Notes: a model not told the origin generated them from the letters alone. Counted from the whole stretch's first letter, positions 10,320-23,873 are shown. The stretch is 63,632 nucleotides of DNA, filler included, from Reticulomyxa filosa (GCA_000512085.1; 21 parts of 21 records of this genome joined end to end with filler, not necessarily neighbours in it), one strand, 5' to 3'. Translations and numbers: made by a program.

Positions 10320-12558
10320 TGTTGATTTCACTTGATTCTTGGCAAATTCTTCATGGAGTTTTGTTTGTGAATAACAAAGATATCAATTTTATGAAAATTA
10401 TTACCTTGTCCAAGACGTTTGTCGCAATACGAAGACTGCCAAATGCTTCTTCTAAAAAGGGTTGCAGAATTGAATCTACAGTTGTTGGGCTTACGTTTCT
10501 GATTTGACCACTGCAAGGAACTTTCAATATTTGAGTCAATAGTTTAATATCACCAGGCGATACTGCACAATTTGCTTCAATACTTTTGTACATTCTTTTT
10601 CATCTTCATTTGTGATTCCATCACCTGGCCAATCATCAGCTCCACTGCTTGTGGCTTTTATGATATCACTTTATAGAAACAAAAAAAAACAAATTAGTTT
10701 AGATTGCTCAAAAAGGAAAGAAAAAAAGATAAAAATAGTAAATGTTTAATTTCAATAACTTTGTGCATCTGAATCAATGAAGCAATATATGAATAATCCA
10801 ACCGTTTACTATCAATCTTGTTTGATAATGCCAATACAGTTATTTTGCATTTAAAAAACAATACAATCTCACTGGTAGAATTACAATGTACATTCAATTG
10901 CAATATTTTTCACGAAAGTATTACCAATTTGAGTATCTGAAGGGTTTCTCTATAAACCTTTGATGTGAATGTAACATTTAGGGTTACATACAATATATTC
11001 GTAAATACATCTGAAAGCACCCAACGGCAATATCTAACCATCCAGATAATTGACCAAATTGCTCACATTGATAAATTTGTAATGAATTAAATTTTGCATG
11101 GCTGACTTTGGATGTATCTTTAACGCTTAATGTTATGCGATCACAACCATATAACATTTCACATTGTCACTTCCGTTTATACATATCATCCCATAGCCGT
11201 CCCATTATCTTAGTGAAATGAGTGTCAGCACTAATTTATGGATTTATTGCGTCTATCACCTTCATCAGCCTTTTCTCATGTGGATGTGGATACGTCTTAC
11301 TTTTGATCATAAGTTCACACTCGTTGCATCAATACGTCGTAGTTATCGTCTCTCTTCCATATGGCTTATTCGTATTACTTGCGATGGTCTCTGAGACTAT
11401 TTGTCCATATTAATGCATCTTCTCTTTCATTTCTTTTTTTTTTTTTCTACTTTTTATCTCGCTACAAACCACTTCACCACGGGAGGATCTAGATTCACGT
11501 TGCTTTGCTGGAAGACATATTACAGCTACTGAACATATGATTCAAAGAACATATATATATACATATATATATGTGTATACACACCAAACTTCAAATATAG
11601 CTGCTTTTCTTTGTACCCGATTGATGTTTGTTCTTTGTTGTTTCGTTGTTTGCCATTTTTTTTTTTCCAAATCTCCCCGATAAATTTATCTTTTCGTTCT
11701 TTTCTTGAATTGTGTGGACTGATTTTGTGAGCTTATCACGAAGCAATCCACTCTTGAGCTGTAATTTGCAATATATATCAAAACGAAAGATGATGGATAT
11801 TAATGCATATTGCCTCTTTCATAAGGCGATATTCATGATCGTCGATATACTTGTAGCTTGTGTCTTCCTCCAGTTCCAATTGATCAACATGTTTGCCAGG
11901 TCTTTTCACAATGCAATTTTGTTCAAAATATTTTTCAAATAATACCTTTATCGAACAATGCATTTATCCGATGATGATACCAACGAATTGGAAATCACAT
12001 TCATAATTTGATTGATCACGTTCAATGTTTGGATTGCCTGTAGAGATACGATTCGGATGCAATTGACATTTGAGTCCCTCCAACAATGGTGCTGCTCAAA
12101 TTGCATCAACAGTACCACATTCAATGCTTTCGACATATCACTCAAATCTTGAGAATTCAGTGCTTGCGCACAACCAAGACAAATCTGCAAATGGGATACA
12201 TATATATATAATGCCAACTCTGCTTTGAACAAATTGTGAATAACCTTTACATCTTTCACCTTGGCTCAACGTTCCATCTGGACCAAAATCTTTTTGCATT
12301 GCAGGCACAGGAAAACGATAACATATAACTTTGGAGATTACTGTGAGTGTGGAGGGAGGTGGATCATTTCAGTAAATGCTTGTCTCTGATTCTTTCAACA
12401 TGTTATATGAACATACCCACATTTGAATTTTTTGTACATGTCGACGACAACAACGACCATATCAATTAATCTGGTGATATCTCCTTTTTGATTGTAATAT
12501 TTCGACGTGTGAAATTGAGCTCGTATTAATGCTTGATTATTATTTCATTCGGGATGAA
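10320..12558 (-). pseudogene. Decayed coding sequence of unidentified family
   Basis: Several short same-strand ORFs (10351-10593, 11778-11963, 11948-12259) with coding-like composition, broken by stops and frameshifts. No motif recognised. Confidence 0.35.
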
Positions 12559-12774
12559 NNNNNNNNNNNNNNNNNNNNNNNNNNNNNNNNNNNNNNNNNN
12601 NNTTAATTAATTAANNNNNNNNNNNNNNNNNNNNNNNNNNNNNNNNNNNNNNNNNNNNTAGTGCCATTTAGGTATGTCGGTTTTTTTTGCAATATACTGT
12701 ATTTATTTAAAAACTACATGGTTTGTATACATTCTTGATGCAAAATTATTATCTTTATAATGTGACATTTTTAG

Positions 12775-13996
12775 ATATTGTATTTGATAATAATTTTATC
12801 AAAATCATTAATCCATCCTAATTTTATTTCTAAAAGTCGGATCCAATTCTGAATAACAAGTTTTATTTTATTTATTGACTATTGATTTATTTGTTAAACA
12901 TTCATACAATAAAATTTTTTCAACAATTATTAAAAAAAATGCAATTCCTAAAGTTTGAAAGGTAAATTACCAACTGTGAAGAATCTAATACAAACACATA
13001 TGCCTTCATATGTATTGCTACGTTGCCGTTAGTATTACTTCCTCCAATGACATGTATATAAGTGTTATCTTCATTCAATACCACAAAACAATCATACAAT
13101 GGAATAGGTAAAGTATGTTTAAAGGTAATCCATGTATTTTCTTGTATTGAATACTTGTGTACTGATTTTGAGACAAGTTTCTTATTATTTTTTTCAACTA
13201 TATCCACCAAATAAAAAGATTGCATCATTGACACAAATATATGCATAGTTAGAGAATGACGTAATACCATTACAAACAGGTAGTTTATGAAATTGAAAAG
13301 TGTTGTTATCTTCATCATATTCAATTGATAATCCTGTATCTTCACAAAACAATAGCATTTGATAATTTTGTTTAATTTTTTCTTGATTTGTTTTTATCAT
13401 TTTTTGTCTTTGTACATTTTCTGATCTTGATACGAAGCAATGATAACATATTTCATTATCAATTAATAACTTATCATGTTTAATAAATTGAAATGTATTT
13501 AAATCAAACACACTAATATTATTATCAAGATAAGTGATAAATAACAAATGATTATTTCTTCCACCAACCACTGCACGCACTCAAATATAATAATAATCAT
13601 CTCTTCCAATAATAATTGGATTATTGTGATTGTCTGTGAAAGGAATCCATTCATTGTAATTGTTGAATTCATTTGATTTGTTCGATATATTACTCCAAAT
13701 ACTTACATATTTCATCACAAATGTATGTTCATAATATCCACCAAAAGACAATAAAGTGATTTGGTTGTCGTTGTTATTGTTATTATCTGCCAGTTTTACT
13801 ACACAGTGTCCTTCTAATTGAACATGATTTGGATACTCACAGATAAACTTGTATTATAAGAATAACAAGCTCTTTGTTTGTAACCTCCACAAATGAGGAG
13901 TTCGTATTTGTGTAGCACACATTGAGATTGAGAAAGAGAAGTAGGCAAATCCTTCAAACTTTGAAAGGGATTTTGTGTTGTGTTTTTATTGCCCAT
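12775..13996 (-). pseudogene. Kelch-repeat family gene, frameshifted
   Basis: Kelch GG motifs (ELLICGG, AVVGG, IFLFGGY, IHVIGG) are spread over ORFs 13814-13996, 13194-13580 and 12920-13345 in different frames. A terminal exon reads IQNWIRLLEIKLGWINDFDKIIIKY. Confidence 0.8.
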
Positions 13997-14179
13997 ATTG
14001 ATATAAGTAGTTTAGCTTCTTTAATTTAAAAAAGAAGGATAACTGAGTAACCTTAAAAAAATTGAAGTTTAATTTGTTTTCAACATGAATTGTACATTTA
14101 AAACATGTTTTTATGATTGAAGAAATTATGTGTAGTGCATTGAAAAGTTTTAAATAAAAATCTAATTATGATTAGATCT

Positions 14180-15288
14180 GTGCGTATGATGTTGCAAACA
14201 CGATTTGGCGTATTTATGTGAACGGGTATGCTGAGCACCTATTCAAACTGTATGACCTTCAAGCCAATGGCAAAAATTGGATCATTGGCAGCCAATCTTT
14301 GGTCAAATTTGCCATGTCCACATTTGGCGCTATGCACATAGTGAAGATCAAATCAAAAAGGGTTTGAAAGTCCGTGTGGAAGAAATCGTCGGTCATAGAA
14401 CACTTGCGAGAATTTTGGCCTTGCAATGATTGCTTGGTATTGATTGTCAGAGACTTGTCCCCCTTTCATGCACCACCATGCGAATGTGAAAAACGATCTC
14501 AGACCTTATCCATCTACCGAATGTCGAAAAAAAGAGCACGAGACATATCAATTATAAATACTTTCCTCCAAGAGTGGAGCCACTTACTCGTTTTACACGA
14601 ACGTAGAGACGTTGGTCATTGCATATCCACCGAACGCGCGTTCTGGAATTGAATTATATGCGACGAGGGCTTTACGAATGTTGAATCAACTTGTTTCGCC
14701 GGAAATGGATGTGGGCTGTTGTCGGACGTGGTATTTCCAAGAGAGACTCAAGAAACACCCGGAAAAATTGTTGAAGCGATATAAACAGCCAGGAGTATAT
14801 ACATTAATCCACAGTCAATGGCAGAGTACAAATTTGGAGCAGGAAGATGACGAACCCCAAAGCGCACTGATAGAGTGCCATTATCTCCATTGGAGAGGCT
14901 TTTTCTTCAGCACTTTGGACATTGGCATTGACGAACGTTTTGATCAAAATTGACAAGTGACGGTGGAGTCATTGCAAACGGTAGATACATTGAACAACAT
15001 ACCAATATGTCATTGTTCATTCCATTTGGAGTAGACTTGATGCCTCAGACCTTTAAAGCATTGCTGGAATCAAGGAACGCTTGGTGGATGAATTATGCAA
15101 AAATTAGGTCTTGCCAAAAGATGAGTTGCCTTTGGAAAAAGGACACATTGTTAGATGACTTTAGCGATGGAAATTGGAGGCAGCACGCATGTTGGTGCTG
15201 ATCAAATTGATTCCAAGTACGTGATGCTTTAACAAATGCAAAGTAGACTATATGGATCAAAATTCGAAAACGCTATGGCAGCAGGAAG
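14180..15288 (+). pseudogene. Decayed intronless coding sequence of unidentified family
   Basis: Overlapping ORFs 14374-14652, 14612-14953 and 14950-15201 in shifting frames, GC-richer than the flanks. Confidence 0.45.
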
Positions 15289-15875
15289 TATAGTAGATTG
15301 AAGAAAAAACTGCAATACATAAATGGCATTATATGAAGAGAATCGATTTTCTAAATGAAAAATAAAGATTTAAAACTAATTTTTTTAAAAAATACATAAT
15401 AATATTATAGTTTTTAAATATTAATTTTTTTTTGCTAATTTGATATCTTTAATTGACATTTCAAAATTTTGATATTTAAAATGGTGAAACATTTGAGTGC
15501 TTTTAAGAAAGGAGTTGCTGTTGGCATGCTTGTTGGTGGAGCTAGCATTCGATATGTAGAAAAGAAATTTATGTAAGTATAGCTAGTATGAACTCTGAAT
15601 TTATAAAGATGTATTAAAAGACGACATGTTAAAAAGTGTAAATTACTGGGTAAATGATGAAAATGACTTGTTGTTCCAAGATAATATTTCATGTAACAAA
15701 GCTAAATAAATAATAGATTAATTTAAAGAAAATAATATAGAACTGATAAATTTTCATCATAATTAAACAGGCCTAAATCCAATTGAGAACATTAAGTTGA
15801 TAATTAAAGTAAAATTATGCAAAGGCAAAAAAATTAACAACAAACAAGAACTTTGGGAAAAATTTGAAAAAACAT
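15289..15875 (+). mobile_element. Internally deleted Tc1/mariner (IS630-Tc1) transposon remnant
   Basis: 15481: MVKHLSAFKKGVAVGMLVGGASIRYVEKKF (Tc1-type N-terminal HTH). ~15722-15870: FKENNIELINFHHN*TGLNPIENI...QELWEKFEK (decayed PPNSPDLNPIEN motif). A possible degenerate left TIR lies at 15289-15312. Confidence 0.75.
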
Positions 15876-16123
15876 TAAATTTTGCAAAAAAAAATTTTTT
15901 AATTAACAAAAAATTGAGTTTTCTCAAAAACTACGCAACGTAGAAGACTAATCTTTTTTTAACAATATCTACTCATTGGGAACTTTCTGAAAATGCTTTA
16001 AAAAAAGTTGTCAAGTTTCATGGNNNNNNNNNNNNNNNNNNNNNNNNNNNNNNNNNNNNNNNNNNNNTTAATTAATTAANNNNNNNNNNNNNNNNNNNNN
16101 NNNNNNNNNNNNNNNNNNNNNNN

Positions 16124-16165
<42 letters not shown>

Positions 16166-16204
16166 AAAAAAAAAATTTTTTTTTTTTTTTTTTAAAAAAA
16201 AGTT

Positions 16205-17071
16205 GTGGTATTTAAACGATCGTCATATCAAATCGAACGAATAAAAGTACTATTGTTCTACGGAATATTGGGAATAGTGGCAGTGATAACATGCGGTCTT
16301 GGATTTTGGGTAGGGTTGACAAGCACGTGTGCATATGAGATCCGAGCGATCGACTTTGACCCAATGGAAGGGAAGACCTATTACAATTGCCTAGTAAGAA
16401 GAATCCCATTTTTGTTATTGGCGGCGTCTGGAGCAGTGGTTACGTTTTGCTTGAATTCGGTAGTTGCGTTTATGTATGTGTCACGAATGATTAAAATTGT
16501 TCGCAAAGTCCATGAAGGATTGGAACATAAGCAGGGGGACCAACAAGCGCAGTTGCGACTGCAATTGCAACAGCCACATCGCACGCAATTGGAAGCGCCA
16601 ACACCGACAGCAGATACTACAGTGCCTACGCATCCTGTTACCGTGTCGCAAGATAATACTGATATTGAGTTGCAAAGCACAAGTGAAGCTATTGGTTCGT
16701 CGGATGCTGTTATCAGCAATACCAATAATACAGGAAATACCGAGGTTCGAAGCAGTGCAATGTTTGTGCCTCGTCGAAGCACGCGAGATATTGTCCATGT
16801 TCGCAAAGCTACTTTTATTGCAGTCACCAGTATTGCCAGCACCATGCTGTCTTTGCTGATCATTGCCATTAACAAGGAAGGTACCTTTATCGTCCAAATT
16901 GACACGCTTTTGAATGGGCTGCTCATTTATTCCGTCTTTTCTTTTGGAAATCACATCTACTTGGCTTTGTTCCACTTCTGTGGTGCACGTCCTTCCTTGA
17001 AGCACTCGGCTGGCTCAAGGAGTGTTACCACTCCTACCGGCAGCAAATCGGGCAGTGGTGGGGCCGAATGA
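16205..17071 (+). CDS. GPCR-like 7TM protein, C-terminal half
   Basis: Four hydrophobic helices, a Cys-containing extracellular loop, and a long polar intracellular loop followed by VRKATFIAV (TM6-like) and QIDTLLNGLLIY (TM7-like). 5'-truncated at the contig end. Confidence 0.6.
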   Translation: MVFKRSSYQIERIKVLLFYGILGIVAVITCGLGFWVGLTSTCAYEIRAIDFDPMEGKTYYNCLVRRIPFLLLAASGAVVTFCLNSVVAFMYVSRMIKIVRKVHEGLEHKQGDQQAQLRLQLQQPHRTQLEAPTPTADTTVPTHPVTVSQDNTDIELQSTSEAIGSSDAVISNTNNTGNTEVRSSAMFVPRRSTRDIVHVRKATFIAVTSIASTMLSLLIIAINKEGTFIVQIDTLLNGLLIYSVFSFGNHIYLALFHFCGARPSLKHSAGSRSVTTPTGSKSGSGGAE

Positions 17072-18115
17072 TATACGTCAATCGCAAACTATTTCTCTTT
17101 CATATTATTTGTCTATTACTATATATATAATTTTTTTTAATTGTGTATTTTATTTGCTGGTTTGTTCTTCTCGTCCCCCTCCTTTAAAAGGGTGTTCATC
17201 CGAATAACAACGTGCGTATACTTTCTTTTTGAATATAAGTTGTTTGGTTGTTTTTACGTGTACATTCTTTAAAAAAAGTCTTAAAATGGAAGGAAATTTT
17301 CCTTTCCTAAAGCTTGATCAACTTTTTTCCCAAGTCACGAATACGTCTTTATATCACGTTGGTAGCTCTAAATCTTTTCTTTCTTTTGAAGTGCATCATA
17401 ATTGGGCCACTATTATCGAATTGTGTCAATAGTAAAAAAAACCTAAAATGATTTCAATATTACAACTTTTTTTTTTGAGATAGGTTCCATTCATGATATT
17501 AGTAAATTTTTACTTCAAAAAAAAAGACAAAATAGAACATAAAAGTCTATCGTAAATTCAGTAAAAGAAAAAGCAATTCCAATATTACGAAATTTCATAA
17601 TATTCATTTTCATGGATACAAATCAAACTGTTCTGACTTTAAAAGTTTAAATAATTAAGTTGGGTAGTACAAAGCGTAATTCATTCTTTTGACTGTCGTC
17701 CAAGAAGTAAAGGGATGACTTTATCAAGAAAGGGTACCAATACAAAACACGTGGTGAAATTGCAAAAAGCTGGACAATAGTATCAGCATCTTACTTTTTT
17801 TTATTAATAAAGATTTTAACTTTAAAAAAAAAAAGGAAGTATTGCACAGACCTTTTTCCCAAAAAAAACTCTAAACTTGTAGCTGGACATACAATCAGTG
17901 GATGCAACATCCAACAAACTAAACACATTGCCAACAGAAAACTCTGACAAGAATAATCATCGTAGTGTATGATATTTGTTTGGAAGATTACAGTTGAAGT
18001 GCCATCAACGTGTTTNNNNNNNNNNNNNNNNNNNNNNNNNNNNNNNNNNNNNNNNNNNNTTAATTAATTAANNNNNNNNNNNNNNNNNNNNNNNNNNNNN
18101 NNNNNNNNNNNNNNN

Positions 18116-19200
18116 AATAACAATAACAATAACAATGGTGATGATAAAGCGGTAGTAATGGCAGTGAAGTCGACATCAATGAAGTTTGAAATGGTTGGGA
18201 GCATTCCCATGTCGACGTCGTGGACGACATGTGTGGCGATTCACCCTCGAGGGTATTACATTGCAGTGGGCGGACTGGACAAGACGGTAGATGTGTATGA
18301 CAACCGTGACTATCTGCGAAGTCACTCGACTCATTTGAAAAAGAAAGACGGATCGTCAAGTAGATCGACGACGACAACGACGATAACGACGCCAAAGAAG
18401 GATAAGCATTCGTCTGCCTTTGAAATGAATGGACACATACATGGCAATGACAGTGCAATGAATGAGACAACAATAAGTAGCCACTCAAGTGGCAATGGAC
18501 ATTTCCCCACCTCCCCTTTTGTTCGCATGAGCTATTGGGATGGTTACATTAGTAGTCTGTGCTTCATCGACGACGAGCGTCACATTCTGGTCGGCAGTGG
18601 CGATGGAACATTCTCGATATGTGACTACGTCCTCAATCAATGTGTCAGTTGTATGCGTGTGTCGGGAGACATCCTTACCTGCGACTACGTGTTTATTCGT
18701 CAAACTAATCGCAAACGCGCACAGGCGCGTATCACACAGCTCTCTAAAATATCCATGGAGCTCAATCACTTCCTCGAAAACGACCCCGTTCTCAACGCCG
18801 TCATCGCTAATGCCAGTCCTGCTACTGCTACTGCTGCTACTGCTACTACTGCTACTGCTACTGCTACTGCTACTGCTACTGATCCATTGCCATCGTCATC
18901 GTCGTCACCCAAAGCACTTACTTCGCCCCCTTTTACGTCCTTGTCCTCGTCCATGCCCACGCCTTCACCCATTTTGGTGCCTTCCTCAATCACTACTTCT
19001 TCTACTACTATCGCCACTGCAAAATCCAATTCCACACCCACGTCGCCCAGAGTCAAACAGACTCGCATGCGCTTCGAAACCATACATCGCATCGCGAGCA
19101 AAATCACACCGAAGCTGGCCTCTCACGACAAAGACACGTCCGAGCATCCCGCTTCCACCAAAGAGGGGTCCCCTCGTGCCCCGGTTTGCACACACACACA
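18116..19200 (+). CDS. Divergent G-protein beta subunit-like WD40 protein, internal fragment
   Basis: IPMSTSWTTCVAIHPRGYYIAVGGLDKTVDVY aligns with G-beta [55 protein letters not shown] aligns with [22 protein letters not shown]. Long low-complexity insertions are present. Confidence 0.7.
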
Positions 19201-19300
19201 NNNNNNNNNNNNNNNNNNNNNNNNNNNNNNNNNNNNNNNNNNNNTTAATTAATTAANNNNNNNNNNNNNNNNNNNNNNNNNNNNNNNNNNNNNNNNNNNN

Positions 19301-20335
19301 CGACAGCGATACGTTGGAAAGCTCTTTCAATAACTGTCCGTCGCTTTGTTTGCTTGTTTGAAAGCACACGGACATTGTCTCGTTGTTTCAGTTTCTGCAG
19401 CCCGCTGTTGAGTTGGAAAGTTGTTTATTTATCACCTCCATTTTCTTTTGTGTTTCTTCTCGCTATATTTACAATTGAGCATTTATTTTGAATTTGGATG
19501 TAAATTTTTTTTTTTTTCTTATTGCTCGATTTTTTTTATTTTTTTTATTTTTTTTTTGCTGTCTCAGCATTTTAATGCTCTACCCCCCCCCTCTCCTTTT
19601 TTTTTTTTTTTGGTTTTTGGAACTTGTTGACTCAAAGTGTCGTATTTCACAATCCAATTTTGCACCATTTTCACGGCGTCAAAATAAATGGTACATGCAT
19701 CCATCAGTTTTTTAGGCAAGTTGATCTGGTACTGAAATTGATACAACATACACAAAACAATAGAATTGCAAATTTTTCAAACTTTAAAAATAAAAAAAGG
19801 TGTATATTCATATGTAGGGTAGTCGTTGTCATCTTTTTTTTTTTTTGGGAAATTGAGTGAATGAAGGACTTGAATGGGAGATCCAATGTCTACATTTTCT
19901 TTGCCTTTCATTTTGTACTCTTCAAACCGGTGCTCGATTTCACTCAACTCGCTTCGCGTTTTTGTCAATGCTGTCGACTTTTGTCGCAACTATGATCGAT
20001 CATATAAATCATGCTTAAGTGCTTCACATACAATTGGACAGTTTTTGTATTTGTCGGATTTTTTTTGTCAAGTTTGTTGAAAGTAAATCATACCATTGTC
20101 TCTTGGGTTGCCACTTTGGCATTCAATTGCCCGATTTCTAACTTTTGCTCATTCACCAAATTTTCCAATTGCTGGATGCGTTTTTGATTCTATAAATGTC
20201 GTTTGATGTGTATAAGCGCATTTTTTTTTGCAGAAGTGGTAATAATATAATGTTGAGACCCATAGTGACACATATTATGACAACATTTTTTTTATTGACA
20301 TGTTTATTTGTTTCGATTAGTTTCTGCAATTCCAT
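19301..20335 (-). CDS. Multi-exon coiled-coil hypothetical protein, 3'-truncated
   Basis: Short exons such as EQKLEIGQLNAKVATQETM, LRQKSTALTKTRSELSEIEHRFEEYK and YQINLPKKLMDACTIYF, separated by GT-AG homopolymer-rich introns. Confidence 0.45.
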
Positions 20336-22800
20336 TTTCGTTGCAAATACAATCAACCGCAAAAAAAAACCCTAAAATGAATCCAGTGCAAACACTTGTA
20401 ATTTTCTTGACGTCCTTTTAAAGTGATACCTGCGCGTCCTGGTAAATCTAAAAATATATATTGAATTGCGATTCGCTCAATAGATCCAAAATTATATTGT
20501 ATTGAAAGGTAAAACCATTCGAACTAAATTATCTTCAGGTCAGCAAATTCAATTATTAAAGACATCTGAAACCTACATGTGAAGTCGAATTTTTTCAAGC
20601 AAGTCCAAAACACTAGAGTGCGCACGAGACGGAACAATTCGAATGTAGGATGAGTTTGCACAAAGAAAAATCAATTCACCAACGCAAAAAAACTTTCTAC
20701 ATTGACCATTTAGTACAAAACTCTTTATGCTTGTCAAGTTTTACAATTTTTTGAAGATTTTTTGTGTTATTTGTTTTTGCTTTTTAAGTTCCACAAGTTA
20801 GTTTGAAATTTCCAAAATTTTCATTTTTTTTATAATCCACCAATAAGATGCCAGTTTCCAAAAAAAAACTTTTTGAAATAAAAAATACAAAACTTAATTG
20901 AAAAGTCAAATTTCTTTCTCTTTTGATGAAGAGACAATATATAAAATCACGAATCAAATTGCACTATTCCTCCAACTAAAAAACACTAACATAGTTTGAA
21001 AAATTTCTTCAAAACATTTTACAATCAAATCGCTATTTAAAATTTGAAAATAGTCTTCTGTCAGGTATAACAAATTAAAATTTTTGTAATTCTATTGACT
21101 CTAGCTTGTGATTTGAAGACTTATCTTTTTTAGTACTTGCAATACACTGTTTTTTATAACAATAAAAATTACTATATTAATACTTTCAATTCCAATAATA
21201 GTGTAAAAGATCGACAGTCAAAAGCTATTTTTTGTTGAATTGTGTGTTCATTTACGAGTGTCCAAGCTAAACACACCTTACTCCATACAAAAAAATTAAG
21301 TCATTGTTCTTGTGTTTTGCTTTTTTTCCCATTTTCTTTTTCTGCATTTATGTATTGTTTTTTAACTGTTGAATTTTTGTGATTAACTCTATTTTTCTGT
21401 TTTGAACAAAAACTACTCCATTTGAAAAAATTTCTGCAATCAGTTGTTTTAAGTAAAATCTTTAGAATAAATTTTTTCTATTATGTAGACTATCCTTATT
21501 CCAAATAAATAGTTTTAAAGTTTGCTTTTATCAAAGTATATAGTATAGTCTTGATCGCAATTGCAACCAAGTCAATTTGTCTGACTGACACATAATAAGT
21601 TATAGCATAATCTTAAAAAAATCGTCAGTATAATTTATCGTGTTATTTGTTGTTTTTGTCACTTGAGTGTCTATGTCAATTACAGTGCCCATATCCGAAC
21701 TCTTCTTTATGAAAGCGTTCATGTTAATCTCTTTTTTCATTTACATAACATATGCTTACAATCATATAAATAAAAATTAATTCTAAATATATAATATATA
21801 TTCTTTGTGTAAATATGTTTAGGGAAAGTTTGAATTAACTTTCAAACAAAATATTATAATTACAGTTATATATATTTATTTCAGTTATCTGAAATTGACT
21901 TAACGTCAATTTCGTAATATTACAAATAGCTTGCTGAAGTTTACATAAATCATACTATATTATGTATAATGTATTACGAATAAATCATTTGTCAATGTCA
22001 TATAATCTATTTCAAACAAAAAGAACATCTTTAACTTTTTTTTTCCATTCAATAATTTTCATATACACATACATTCAAAATTTTTAACTTGTTAAAATTA
22101 AATTACCACTTAAAGAATTAAAACCAAAGTTCGCAGCGGTCGAAACTTCAACTTTGATATATCTGTTCAATACTTATCACAAAAAGTATTGTATAACATT
22201 CAGTCAAGTCTCACTGGATCCATTAGTCAAGCTCAGTCTGTTGTATTATATATTTTATCTTTTTTTTGATGAAATAAATATTAAAAAAAATTATCTCGTA
22301 CTTGAAAAGCAACATTCTGTTAAAATAATCAGCAACATAGTTATTAGTTCTGTACACATGTTGTGCTTTACTTCCAGCAAGTTGGCAACTGCTTTGACCA
22401 TTTGCAAATTTTGCTTCTAATACAAAAGCAAATGAAAGTGCGCTCAATAAGATCCTATTTTTTCCCACTTCAAATAACAAACTAATAAAAAAGGTAAGAA
22501 CAAAAAAAACCCTTGGCCCTTGAAAGAAAAAAACTCTAGTCAAAAGAAAGGTACTAATTTTCATTTCTACAATCATTTGTTTCGTCTTGCGCTGTTTGTT
22601 TACACTTCCACTATAGAAATAAATTCAATGATTAAGATAATATTACCATTGATGAATAATTTTCTATAAAAGTTTGTTTTCTTTAAGAGTCAGATTGAAC
22701 CCATTGCAATTTGATTGACAGAAAAAAAATTGGAAAGTGCAACACCAAGATAAAACATCGATGCAAGCAAAAGTCTTCCTCCTACACGCAACAAGTAAAA

Positions 22801-23873
22801 TCACAATTCTTTTTTCTGATCGGTGTTAAAAAAAGATGACAAAATGTTGCTTCGAACGTGGAACCAAGACTTGTTGTTTTCTGCCAAGCCTTTTTGGTTC
22901 TTCAACAGTTTTTGCACACGATTGAATTCGTTGGCAGGATAGCTGTTGCCTTCCTTTACAATATTTGCCATTACTTTCATGTAATAATTTGCCGACTTGA
23001 TTTGAGATTCATTTGTCAACTTTTGCAAAATCTGTTTGCCTTTTTCTCCAATTTTGGAACGAGCACTTCCGTCTTCATTGCGTATAAACTCTTGCGCCAA
23101 TTGATCAAATTCTTCGAGGCATCCTGCTAATCCAACCCATATGCCATTTGACTTCAAAAACGACGATAGCGAGGCCGCGCTAATTTGTTTGTCTGTGAAC
23201 ACTATTGGTTCGGAGACGCCTGTGCCGGCCTAAAGAGAAATGTAAAAAAAAAATTTCTTTTTAAAAAAATTGCATTCCTAAAAAGGGAGGGACACAAGGA
23301 AATTTTTTAAAAGGAAAAAAAAAAGACCTTAAATAATCGATATTGCGGAACGTCTTCAAATTTTATTGAGAAGCGACCTATCAAATCTTGATTTTCTTTT
23401 TTTCCATGTTCAGCTACACCAACTTCGCTCATCAATATATTTGGAGAAGACGCCACCTGCTCTGCAAATGCCTCCCACTGTATGATTTATTTATTATTTT
23501 TTTTTTTTGAGTTAAAAAAATTCTATACCAACAAAAAGAGACACGTCATCAGTACAACAACAAAATATACAAGTTACTCAACTTCATTTTCATTCTCTCC
23601 GTAGGCATATTTCTATGGTGACCACGCCATACACATGTTATTCGATTGACAAAAGAAAAAGAGATTTTAACGATTTAGATACTCTGTGTAGTTATATTTT
23701 TGGTGAGGGCGCAACCGAAACTTAACTTTGTCAAACTTTACTAACACGTTGCGGCTGCCGTCGACAATTTTGTCAAATGTTACGGTATCCAAAGGCAGCA
23801 CACCAATTGGTGCGGCACTAGATCCAATAAAACAAAAAAAAGAAAAAAGAATTATGCTAAGAATTTCTTTCAT
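22801..23873 (-). CDS. ERP29: ERp29-like ER chaperone (redox-inactive thioredoxin fold + helical D domain)
   Basis: Signal peptide, then GVLPLDTVTFDKIV...LVKFD, YAYGE, EVGVAEHGKKENQDL, GLAGCLEEFDQLA, YYMKVM, RSNILSSF and C-terminal KKEL. Four exons; no CxxC. Confidence 0.88.

Noticed and set aside
20400-22150. Long ORF-free region as a possible RNA gene locus
   Set aside because: I see no tRNA cloverleaf, rRNA or snRNA motif, only AT-rich sequence with trivial hairpins. An Infernal/Rfam scan would be needed to exclude small ncRNAs.
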